Source: Cenococcum geophilum
Lineage: Eukaryota
DNA length: 64,000 nt
Reading direction: 5' to 3'
Assembly: GCA_050273025.1 (NCBI GenBank)
Contig: CP158636.1
Span: forward strand, 8,308,001-8,372,000
How positions within the stretch are numbered: the stretch's first letter is position 1; every line of letters begins with the position of its first letter. Positions 25,746 through 37,073 of this stretch are shown here, piece after piece. The notes below the pieces were generated by a model, which did no database searches, had not been told where the DNA came from, and was given only the letters and a program-made list of their open reading frames with translations. A program made the position numbers and the translations under genes.

Positions 25746-27225
25746 TCAGATCTTCAGGAAGAAATGTTCACCATGAGCCAAAACCTCAACTTCATCCCCT
25801 ACCTTAATCTCACCCTGTTCTTTAACAAGAGGCGTGACTTGCATCCCAAGACACGGCTTAATTGACCCACCGTCGATAACACGGTACTTCCTCATAGTAG
25901 TTTCTGGCTCGTTGCGATCTCTGATCCCAGTGGCGGGATCTACGTTCGGCAATTTGCAACGAATGGTTCGGCAGGAGGTGTGGTATGTGCATTTCCCGAT
26001 ACGAATTTTGGCCCAAGAATCCTCACTGAAGGCGGGTGGTCCAGTTACTGTCAAGTCAAGATGTCAGCATTCTCCCCTGCATCAAGAATAGTCAGGAAGT
26101 GCTGACTGTATATGTTGGCGCGGTACCGCAATGCGTTGAACTCCTTATAATAGCCTTTGGGAAGGCGCGATGCAACATCACGAACGCTAGCGAGATTCAC
26201 GATATGCAGTGGATACTTGGGTAAGTTAGCATGATTCAGTTGGAAGTTCAAAGTTTGTATGGCTGGCTGACTGAATCTGCCATTCCAATAATGGGCTGGA
26301 ACCCAACTTCCTCCTTCTTCGGCGCACACTTGAATACTTCACGGTATTTCCTCGTGTCGATTCGGAAGAGCGTTAGTGGGTTACTGACGCCGAGACAATA
26401 TTTCAGTTTCGCCTTTATATCATCTGGAATCTCGACACCCATATTGAGCGCTTCAGGCATGTCTGTCCAGATCTTCATCTTCTCGCTCCTATACTTTTTC
26501 TGCGTGATTCGCTCCAGTGTGGGATTGAATGGGATGCAAAACTGAATGGTAGGCTCGGCTCTCTGAGAAATTTTCGCAGCCAAGATGGTTACGAATGCTC
26601 TTAGTCCTTCCCAGCTGAAGTCGACATCCGGCGAGAAGGGAAATCTCACTACCACGCACCCCTCGCTCTTGACGAACTTTGCGTTCGGTGAGAAAGTGGG
26701 TGAAGTCGGATCGGGCACCCATATTTCCGTCTCAACTTTAGCAAGACGAGGAAACGTTCGCTGTGTTATTGAGTTCCACTCACTATTGACTGAGTGTGAC
26801 CCATCTGCTTGCTCTTCTAATGATGGTAGGCTAGTAACCTCCTGTGCAAAGGAAAATTGTCGGTCATACTTCATACCTGTCCGGATGATGTCACCACGGC
26901 CTAGTTCTACGCCGCAGCAGCTCTTGATGGGATAGATGAATAACGCCTTCACTCTCCAGAGAGGCGAGCCGTCTTTCGCTGTACCCTGCTCGCTTCTGGT
27001 GCTGTACTTTGTAGAGTATTGATCTGCAAGATTGCTGCGCATGCGGAGGCCTAGCTTGCGGCACCCTGCTGGTGAGATGGCTTCATACCGCCGTTGTTGG
27101 AGCTCCCATGCGACGAGGACGAGAATTGGAATGAGCAACGAGAATAAAGTGAGACCAAATGCCAGCGGAGAGAGTTTTAGAGTGCCTCGAATTAGCTCGA
27201 AGGATAGACTAGGAAGTAGGCTCAT
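25746..27225 (-). CDS. MOSC-domain (mARC-like molybdenum-cofactor) protein with N-terminal membrane anchor, 3 exons
   Basis: MOSC_N motif LFIYPIKSC, DRQF, RYRANIY, PAFSEDSW, CRTIRCKLPNVDP.TG; two GTCAGC introns join the three ORFs. Confidence 0.9.
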
Positions 27226-27541
27226 GGTTGGAAGTCTTTCAATGCAAGAGGGAACGATGCTCGAGATGAATCAGGCCTAGCGTAATTTTCTCATGGAAGG
27301 GGTACACCACAATCATTGAAGCCAATAAGCAACACGAACTTGTAGACCTCATTTACCTTAACGTGTTCACCCTCCTCGGGCCACCCCACTCCTCGGGCCG
27401 CCCACCATCCCTTTGTGTGGCAAAGATTTCTTTCGTATATGCAAGCCTCTCAAGCCAATCTAGAGGCTCTATACCGTATCCCTTGCACAGATAAGGTACT
27501 ATATTTTGTGGCCCGTGCACGACATTAAGAACATCATTGAT

Positions 27542-28487
27542 CAGGCTTGCGGAGGATAAATTATCCTATCCGGTCGGGCGGATAATAATCCTATCCGAGG
27601 ATAGCCCGGATATCGGATAATATCCGGATAATATCCAAATAATATACTACCTATAACCCCACTAATATAACTCTATATTTTATAAATAGAGGCCTATTTT
27701 ATAGCTCTATTCTAGGGCTATAAAATAAGCCTTTATTTATATAATTTAAGGCCGTTTTGGTAGAGTTATAGGGGGTACTTATTTCTAGGAATGGAGGGGT
27801 CGGATAAGTTAGTGGAGAGCCTTAAGCTATTGCAAAGCACCCCCTATAACCCTACTAATAACGCTCTATATTTTATAAATAATAGCTTATTTTATAGCCC
27901 TAGAATAGAGCTATAAAATAGAGCTCTATTTATAAAATATAGAGTTATATTAGTGGGGCTATAGGGGGTATATTGTTTTAATGGAGGGCAATATACGCTG
28001 CTACGACTTGGCGATTTTTACTGATCTTTTATAGTAGATAGTAGAGGTTCTACACAAAGCTCTACACGAAGCTCTGCAAAAGCTCTACTTAAAGCCCTAT
28101 TTAGATCTCTAAGGCTTTACTAATACGTAGCACTAATATACTATAACGCTCTATATAACGCTCTGCACGATACTCTATATTAAAAACTCTATATATAGAG
28201 GCTCTATACGACGCTCTATATAACGCTTTATATATAAAGGCTTTACGTATAGGGCTCTATACAACGCTCTTTATTAAAGACTCTATATATAGAAGCTCTA
28301 CGTACGTAGCTTTATATAAAGCAGTAATAGCTATATTTATAGTGTTATATAATAGAAATAAAATATTTAGTTTTATAGTTAAAATTTTATAAATACTAAG
28401 CCTTATCTGGATATTATATCTAGGCTATCCTTAAATAGTATTATTATCCGCCTAACTAAATAGGATAGTTTATTCTTTATAAGTATA
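27542..28487. mobile_element. Non-autonomous TIR element (MITE-like, hAT-type CAG end), copy 1
   Basis: Left TIR CAGGCTTGCGGAGGATAAATTATCC... (~90 bp) matches a RIP-altered inverted copy at 28401-28487. Internal inverted repeats at about 27650-27790 and 27840-27985. Confidence 0.7.
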
Positions 28488-28494
28488 TCTTTAA

Positions 28495-29368
28495 TAGACT
28501 TATAAAGGATAGGCTAGATAGGCCTCTTAGATAATAGACCTATTAGCTAATAGTATTTAGAGACTATCCGGATAGTCTTTAGATAGCCTTAGCTATATTT
28601 CTTAGCATATAATTATTTAAAGCTTAGAGAGGTCTAGATGTCTATAATAAAAATAATATTTATCTTTACAAAAATAATATTTATTAGCTAAGTAGTTATA
28701 TATATTTTTAATTAAATATTATTATATTATATAGAGGCTCTGCATATAAAAGCTTTATATAAGGCTTTATACGAGGATCTACACGAATCTCTACGTACAG
28801 AGGCTCTGCGCGACGGCTCTACGTACGACGGCTCTACTACGGAGGCTCTATATAAAAGCTTCGTGCAGAGCCTCGTGCAGAGCTTCGTGCAGAGCCTCCA
28901 TACGCAGAGCCTCCGTACGCAGAGCTTCGTGCAGAGCTTCGTGTAGAGCCTCCGTACGTAAAGCTTCGTGCAGAGCCTCTATACGCAGAGCTTCGTGTAG
29001 AGCCTCCGTATACAGAGCTTCGTGCAGAGCTTCGTGCAGAGCTTTTGCTGAGCTTTGGTAGAGCTCCGTGCGCGGCTCCCCTAAAGCCTTATTCCGCAGA
29101 GCTCTTGTAAGCTTTATATCTATATAATATTGCTTATCCTTAGGATATTTAGATAAAAGTGGTACCATTTTAAAGCGCTTTGTAAGTTCTATAAATCTAT
29201 ACTAATAGAAAATTTATTTATTTAATATTAGGAGGTGCATTACAAGTATAAGCATATTAAGGGGATTTTGCCAAGACTATCCGGAGACTATCCGGATAGT
29301 CTCCGGATACTATCAGCTGATAGGCCTATTATCCGAGAGGCCTATCCGGCCTATCCTCCGCAACTCTG
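28495..29368. mobile_element. Non-autonomous TIR element (MITE-like), copy 2
   Basis: Intact right TIR ...GGCCTATCCTCCGCAACTCTG mirrors the RIP-altered left end TAGACTTATAAAGGATAGGCTAGATAGGCC (~100 bp). Internal 12/15-bp minisatellite. Confidence 0.7.
28730..29060. repeat. 12/15-bp minisatellite (AGAGCTTCGTGC / AGAGCCTCCGTACGC)
   Basis: Directly visible tandem units; related degraded copies at about 28045-28310. Confidence 0.85.
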
Positions 29369-30759
29369 AACATCATAGAAATGGGAATAGATAATTAAAT
29401 TAACCACCAATATAGTGCGTAACTATTTACCCAATGATATAGGTCTTGTGCAACCTACCAAATATCCTATTTCTAAAGGTCAGATTGCGAAAAAGCCTCC
29501 TCCGAAGCCTGAACCACTGCCTCCTTTCGAGCCTCTCCCGATGTGCAGTACAATACAAACGAGTATGGGCAGCCAAATCTTCTGCCCCGTATCGGCAACA
29601 AGGGCCGTCGGATACCACCGTGCAAGGGTGGCCCGTGTTAGCGGGGACACATTGATTGACTCAACACCCTTGATTGAGGCTCTATATATAATCTACACCG
29701 GAAGTACAATATATTTGTGGTTTCGTGCGAAACCTTTGGTTGCCTGGCAGAACGACTTACCGCCTGCAGCTTACTGATTAGTGCGCACGGCGCACGTTCT
29801 ATAGGACGTATCTATCTGTGCAAGGGATATGACTTGGTGTTGGAGCCCCTGGTCAGTGCGGCAGGGCTGGCGCCTCATTGACGCTTGGTGAACAGAAGTG
29901 ACGTGGCTAGGAAGCCTATATATAGAATATTTAGTAGTATAGTTAATTAAAAAGCTTTAATATTATCGCCCTCTATTCGACTATTTAATCCTCTACAAAA
30001 TATTGTCCTTATACCGCCTACAAAACGTTATATATCTTTAGCTCTAAAGCCTCTAAAGCCTCTAAAGCCTCTAAAAGTATCCAAAGCCTCTAAAAGCACC
30101 TAAAGCCTAGAAGTCTTATTTGTGATCCTTCCAAGCGACGCAGTATATACACGGTAGCTTAGCGTAGTAGTTATACAGCCTCTAGAGGCTTTAGTGGCTC
30201 CAGTAGCTATATAGCAGGTAGTGCTAAGGATATTAAGGAGGAAGAACCAGGAGCCGTTTTTATATCAGCATATTGTTCATGCCTCCTAACAGTACTAACA
30301 GGCTCCTAGCAGCTCCTGTTAGGGCTGTCGGGGGCCCCGGGGGACACTCATACTCGGCTTCCTGTCAGGAGCCCAGTGTGGCCAAAAATTATGCGTATTA
30401 AAACGATTACGATATCGTAAAATCCGATAAGATAAGCGAATAAAATCCAATATCGAATTTTTTTGGTATATAGGTATTTAATATAAGTAGGCAGGCTAGC
30501 TGCTAAGTAGTATATCTAGGTATAACCCATTACATAACTCCCCTTCTCTCTCTTTTCTTTGTATGTCATACGATAGGGGGTGCGCAGGAATTATATACCG
30601 GAGTAACGGGTGCCTCGTACGGTGGGTAATAGAAAAACATTTTTCCGTGATTCCAATTTGAGCTTTAAATTTAAATATTTAAACCTTTTCTTTAATTCCT
30701 AAATCAACCACAACGCCTATAGTTCACTTGGTTAATTGCTTAAATTTATCTCGTTAATC

Positions 30760-31400
30760 ATGGCTTCAAGTTCAACTCCTGCTATTGCCGCCACTACAAT
30801 TACTACGGCTCTTAGTACTGGCGAGAAGTTATAGAATTTCTCTCAAGCAGAGGTAGATGCTTAGCTTAAGAGCCTATGTCATACGGTAAGTCTCCCCTTG
30901 TTCATATAATCCCTAACTAACTTCTTCTAGGACGTCCAATACACGGCTCTTCGCTACTACGCTGCTAAGGACGTTACTGCGCCAGCTTCTATCACTAAAC
31001 AATAAATCGACACAAAGCGGCCTTTATACGTCAATGCAATAATTATCCACAGTCGTGGAGATGATATAGCCAATATAAGTACCTTCTTTCCTTAGTCGTA
31101 CGGTAGCTAACTTGTGGATTTAGCCTTGTAATGCCTATATAGTAAAGGATAATTAAAGCTAGTTAGGACCTCGGCCCTTCTCTACCTATTATACGCTTAA
31201 TGGATATTAGAATAACTATTATTTAAACTGCAAATGGCGGGAATAGGGAAATAGTTGTAATCTTATATATAGCAGCACTTATCCAGATAAGTTAGAGGGT
31301 AATTCATCGGCTAAGGAGGAAGAAGATAAGTTGGACGACGGGTTAAGTAACGTACCCAATAATTTAACGGCAAATGCTCCTTCTGAGTTTCGTTAAAGCT
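30760..31400 (+). pseudogene. DUF3716-like Cys-rich cargo gene inside the hAT element, 2 introns, RIP-damaged
   Basis: MASSSTPA... with a GTAAGT...CTAAC...TAG intron; YVNAIIIHSRG, PCNA, GPRPF, NCKWRE..SC motifs. Confidence 0.65.
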
Positions 31401-31759
31401 CACAGTTCTATACTATACAATACCCAAGCTATATAGCTTCTAAAATAAAATTTCTTTTTCTTCTTTAATAAAATTTACTATTATAATATTCTAGGCCTTA
31501 TACGACTTAGTATCCGTTCTAGTAGTAATATTACTATTATATAAGAAGGATTTGTTAATAAAAGAAGAGTTTTAGAGTTCCATAATAAGTTTTCTTCTCC
31601 TACTAAGGCCCCTCGGTTATATATTATACGCTAATCAAAATAGGTAGATTAGCTGCTAAGTAGTATCTCTAGGGCATAACCTATTACATTTAACTATTCC
31701 TAGCCCCTTTTAGAAAGAACTTTTAAGAATACCACTTCTAATCCAATCCTTTATACTCT

Positions 31760-33830
31760 CCATAATCTTAAGCATATCTACCCTAAGCTAAACTCTCTCT
31801 CAGCCTACCGTACAACGGCCACCTAAGAAAACTACCTCTGCTTTATCACTTATCGCAGGAATACAAAGGATATTAACTGCAAAATGTAAAAGCTGTGGCC
31901 AGCGCCTTGCTTGATCCTTATATAACTACCACTTAATAGGATCCTAAATCTTTAAACCATATGAGACCTCTAAAAGGTAGTTATCAAATTCGTCTTAGCT
32001 CTATGGCTAAAGGTATTATTCTTCTATCTAAGCCTCTAAAATATCAAAAGTATTAAGTTCTTTTAAAGGCTTTTTTTAAGTTGTCTAGTTTAAAAGACTT
32101 TTATCATACGATAGAAGCGGACGTGCTTTATGTTGGTGTTTCTCCTAAAGCTACCTAACGTGCCAAAGTACTCTATCGTAGATATTACTTGGCCAGATCT
32201 TTTTACCGTATACCGTATAACGGCTTAGGTAAAGAATAACTGCTATAGCATAGAGAGGAGTAGTAAAGAGCTTAGTATAGTAATCTTCAAACTTTACCTT
32301 ACTTCGTAAGACTTAGGTTTAAAAGTTTTAGACTACTTTTATATTTAGAAGTGTCTCCTAAAAATTTCTTAGTATATATAATAAATTTAGTATCATACAA
32401 CATACTAATGTCTCTTTAAAGTAGAGATTAAGAACGTCCATAGTAATAAGAACCTTCTTAAGTATTGCATTTTCTCCTTTAAGCTTTAAAGTTGCTGATT
32501 TAAAAGCAGCTAAAAACTTATATATTATATAAAGCTATACCTAGTTTTACACTAAAAGCTAGTCCCCTTTATTAATTATATTAAGATTATTAGAGATATA
32601 CCAGCTAACCCGCTCTTAAAGAGTAAGAGCAACATTTAGTATAGTCCACTAGCTATTCCATCTCATACGATTATTAAGAGGAATTCTTCTCCTAGCTTAA
32701 TCTTAAAACTACTTTATATAACCTGGACTACTTTAAATATAAATAATAATATTATAGAGCTTTCCAAGGACCCTAAAAGCTCGAAACTTCGCGTCTCTGT
32801 CCTTTATCTCCTTTTTAGTTAGCCCTTTAAAGCTTTCCTTCTCTTCTTTGTCGTACAATAGGACAAAGCTAAGCTCTTCACTATTTATAAAAATAAATGC
32901 CTAAATAATAAGATTAATAACGTGTCCCTAGCAGCGGATACGCCAATAAGTTGCACTCTAAGAAATCTTCTTATGCTCTAAAAGGTAAGTGCTGATCGTA
33001 CAACAGAGCGTATCGTTTATGCCAGAATTGTCTCCAATAACCGCTCCGATCTGTTATATAATACCAAAATCTTATAGAACTGGAAGAAGAGCAAGCCATT
33101 AATGCTCTCTGCTATAGCCTACTACCTAAGGTAGAGCAAGTAGGATATTATAAACACATTCTCCTATATTAATAAAGTGGCCGCAGACTATAAGATAAAG
33201 GTTATTGCTTAGAGATGTCCAGATATCTACGCTAAGATAGATTTGCGTAATTGTGGATTAAATAACCCGTTGTATGATATCCTTATTAAGGATAAACTTG
33301 TCTCTTACCTTCTAAATAAGGGTTATATAAGAAGCAGGAATTATTCTAATGGCTTGTCAATTAAGAGTATAACAAAATATCTAAAACTCTTAACTTTAAA
33401 TAATTCGGAAAGAGAGATTTCGTACAATAATAAGATTAAAAAGAGTTGTCTTAACGGCCTTTTTATTAATTACTTCTCTAAGAATTTTATTGTCGAGATT
33501 GTGGTTTTTAAGCCATAGCTTATTAAAGACTGATTGTAATGCTTCAGCTGCTTCTGTCATACAATAATCCTTTCCATATAGTTTAATCTAAATCCCATGC
33601 TAAGATAAGTAGTAACCCCAGAAGTTTATTATCGTGCCTACTTTAAAATCGCATTAATTATAGAAATAGAGTAATCTTCTATAAAAGTCACGCTCTTCTC
33701 CTTTTAGTGCCGTACAACAGAAATCGTGAATATTAGACCGATTCTTTTAAGATTTTAAAGTTGGTTGAATAGATAATATAGTTTCAGATATAGCCTTAGG
33801 AAGAGAAGACTCAAAATTAGTCTCCAAAGC
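31760..33830 (-). pseudogene. hAT transposase relic
   Basis: Minus-strand motifs VDIWTS (~33220), IPLNNRMRWNS (~32660) and dimerisation domain RWPQL..FAVNILCIPAISDKAEVVF (~31830-31910), with RIP stops. Boundaries approximate. Confidence 0.85.
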
Positions 33831-34714
33831 CATAGTTACTAGAAGAATCTAGTGTATAGTAGAGATTTTAAGTTAAAGTATGCGATCTAATATATATATA
33901 TTACGATAAGCGAATTAAAATAAATTAATATCGGATATCGGATTATCGAATATCCATTTATTTCAATTCGCTTATCGTAATTTTTGGCCACACTGCAGGA
34001 GCCTGTCAGGAGACCACCCGGACCACCCTGACCACCGCCCTAAAGTATATAGGTACTAAGGTTTTAGTTGGGGGAGGGTGTCTAATAGAGGATTTTCCTA
34101 TATAATTAGCAGGTAGTTAATAGAGAAGGGCCAGGAACGTACAACCATGACGTTATATATCACGACTTTCTGCCCAGCTTCCTCAAAATATATACTTAAT
34201 GCCCTTTTTATAGTGGTCCACCAAAACGCCACTAACTAGCCTAACCGAGGTGTGCTAGCTGAAGCAGGATGGCTAAATACGCCCAAATCAAAAATTGCAT
34301 TTTGCCACACGACGGGATTTTCAAGACGCGTCTTTGCACAAAGACAACAATAGCATCAAACAAGATACTCAATTACTCTAAAACTAGGCTGGAATACTTC
34401 TTGCGAAACAAAGCCTTTAAAATAATTAAATTTTAAGCCAGCGCAAAGCTGCAAATGATAGGGTGGTCCGAGGAGTGGTGAAAAGGTTTGGTCAACGGAG
34501 GAGGTTGAATTAGCATCGCCTGAGTCATGATTTCGGTTCGCTCCATATTCCGAGCCGTCACGCACATCAACGTCCCCGCCAAGCCATCACATCCACAGCG
34601 TTGCGCGTCGACATCTACGCGCCATGAGCCGCCAACGCAACTATTTTATAGTCACTCTAGATCGCCTTGAAGTAGAACGTCTCTCAGTTAACACATTCAA
34701 GCAATATCCGCCCA

Positions 34715-36270
34715 ATGGCTAACCAGGAAAGCAGCAAGCTTCCCTCTTCGTCCTCTCGTTCGTAGCCCCCATGTCTCACCAAACCGCAGGCCGAAGGACT
34801 GACACTGTGATAGATAGACTTCCTACAGTCTCCGCATCTCAAGCACTACAAAATCTCAAGTCTCGCGGACCAAGCGCGATCTCTACTGGCCTCAAGCACC
34901 TTAATCAAATTCTCTGCCCACATGGGATTGGAAGTGCACCTGTGGATCGGCCCGGAGGTGGTTTGATACGTGGTCAGGTGACGGAGGTATATGGACCCCC
35001 GGGTGTTGGCAAGACAGCATTTGGGTGAGTTGTAATTTTGTTCTGTGGGTGGTTATTTCAAAATACGCTCACCCTCTCCAGGAGCTGAGGCTTGGGATAG
35101 TATGCAAACAACAGCGAATGCTCTGCAGGCGGGAGACCATGTAGTTTGGGTTGGTGAGTACAATGGAACAAGGCAACCATTTGCATACTTCCGAAGACAG
35201 CATTCAGCTGTATTCTAGCTAACATATCAAAAGACGCAACAGTTCCACTCGTCCCCCGACGCCTGGACGAATTCCTATCTGTTCCGAGACCTGTTAGGAA
35301 CCCCGCCGCAGACCTAACCTCGCCGCCGAGTTTCTCTGTAGATGAAGTCAGGAGCCATTTCCACCACTACACAACCCCGACCCTCGCGCATCTGCTAGCA
35401 ATGTTCATCCACCCCCAGCCATCCTTCCCGCCACTGAACACGAGCCTTATAGTAATAGATTCGCTATCCACTCTCTTTGACAATTCATACCCCCGCAACC
35501 CTGAGGATAGAGGGCCAAAGAATAAGAACGATGCCGCGCGCTGGACGGCCGGACGCAAATTTGCGGTAATGAACGATCTGCTCTCTAAGCTCGGAAAAAC
35601 GGCTGCGCTGCACAACATCGCAATCCTCGTCACATGTCAAACGATTACTCGGATCCGCACAGGCTCGCGAGCGCTGTTACTGCCTGCCATGACGGGCATT
35701 GAGTGGGAAAACGGCTTTTCCACGCGTCTGGTATTGTTTAGAGATTGGCTACCGGCACAGGGGAAGGGGACCTGTGGCGACGTAGATAGATTGCGGCACG
35801 CCCGGTTCGTTGGAGTCGTGAAAGCGAACGGAGTTACTCTTGCAGATGAGGGAGGAGTGGGCACCGTTATTCCATTTACTATCGAGACCGTGAGTAGATA
35901 CATCATATTGTAGAACCCGCCTTTTCGCTCTTTTTCAGATCTACTGCTGCAGCCTTGAGACGAGGATCACCCGCTGAACGTATTACAGTCTGGACTCTGC
36001 GACCTGCACGTCACCGCCGTTGACATGGCCGCCAAGCCTTTACAATCGCCTGCTCGACCTCCGAAAAGAAGATACGCAGAAATCGCAGACTCGGAGGACG
36101 AAGGCGCAGACTCTGATGAGCTCTACGGTTGGGCTGAAGACGACGAAGTGGAAGCCGAAGGTCTGCTCATCAACCGCCCATCGCTCCCCGATAACCCCAG
36201 CACCACAGACGCTGAAACAGACGGAGATGCTCTGCCCACTCCGGATGGGGGAGGAGTTACCACAGGCTGA
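34715..36270 (+). CDS. RAD55: RecA/RAD51 paralog, Rad55/Rhp55-like DNA repair protein, 5 exons
   Basis: HRLPTVSASQAL N-terminus, GGLIRGQVTEVYGPPGVGKT Walker A, LIVIDSLS Walker B, STRLVLFRDW, C-terminal EIADSEDE..DELYGW. Confidence 0.82.
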
Positions 36271-37048
36271 AAGCACAAGTCCGTGACACGACGATACAAA
36301 ACCGCCCAGTCTCCACCTTACCCCTGAGCACCGCATTGACACGGACCAAGTCCATTGAACCAGAGCCCAGGTTTGGTTCCTTTTGCCGCGCCGGACACCA
36401 AGCAGGCCCTCGCTCGCTCGCTCGTCAGATAGCGGAAGTCCAATACCCAGACCTACACCTAGGACCCCCATCATAAAAGTACTCAATTCCTTAACTTGAT
36501 TCCCACACTTCCAAAAGTGGAATCTACAATCGAAAAAGACGCACATACACACGCACACACGCGCGTACGATACCCCACTTCACCCGAAACCTCCAACGGC
36601 TTTTCGGGGCCGTAAAAAAAAAAAAAACCTCTGGAACGCGCTCAGTTACGCCGCGATTTAATTTTCCAGCCTGCTGGACCCGATAAGGCATTCCCCAAAC
36701 ACCCCCCGCGCCAAGAAGCCCGGGGGTCCAAAGTTTGAGCGATGCGGAAAGAACAGCAGAGAAGAAGGGAACTTCAGAAACGAGCGCCTCCCCGGCGATT
36801 TTTGCTGCAGGAGCCCAGGTCCGCAGATGCTGCGCGAGAACGCGGGTGGTCCGGGATCCACTCCCTCGGGCACTCCCGCTGCTCGCCGGTTAAAGTGCTA
36901 GCTTGTTTCTAGACCCCGTGCCTTGTCCTTCGGAGGAGGGCAGGGAGGGCGTGGTGAGGAAGTGTGGCGCGGCAGGTTTGGATGGGGGTTGACTGCGCAA
37001 GGGGGCCTTGGGTAGTATCGCCTGCGAGCGCCTTAGCGTGGGGGCACA

Positions 37049-37073
37049 CGCTCGTGCTCGTGCTCGTGCTCGT
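37049..37073. repeat. (GCTCGT)n microsatellite
   Basis: About 4 tandem copies visible; a (GTCACT)n run is also present at about 37446-37468. Confidence 0.85.

Larger units (their letters stand above)
30374..33995 (-). mobile_element. hAT-superfamily (Restless-like) DNA transposon, RIP-inactivated
   Basis: TIRs CAGTGTGGCCAAAAATTA and TAATTTTTGGCCACACTG. Exact 8-bp TSD CAGGAGCC (30366-30373 and 33996-34003). Confidence 0.95.
29915..34120. mobile_element. Older degraded repeat into which the hAT inserted (29915-30373 and 34004-34120)
   Basis: RIP-like composition, CTCTAAAGC 9-mer tandem at 30041-30110, CAGGAGCCTG-type motifs on both sides of the hAT. Boundaries unclear. Confidence 0.35.

Noticed and set aside
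26051..26329. Apparent frameshifts in the MOSC gene
   Set aside because: Explained by two GTCAGC...AG introns with branch points.
28848..29168. ORF with EALH repeats
   Set aside because: It is the translation of a 12/15-bp minisatellite inside a MITE.
29415..29777. 120-aa ORF between TE blocks
   Set aside because: GTG start, no recognisable motif, insufficient support.
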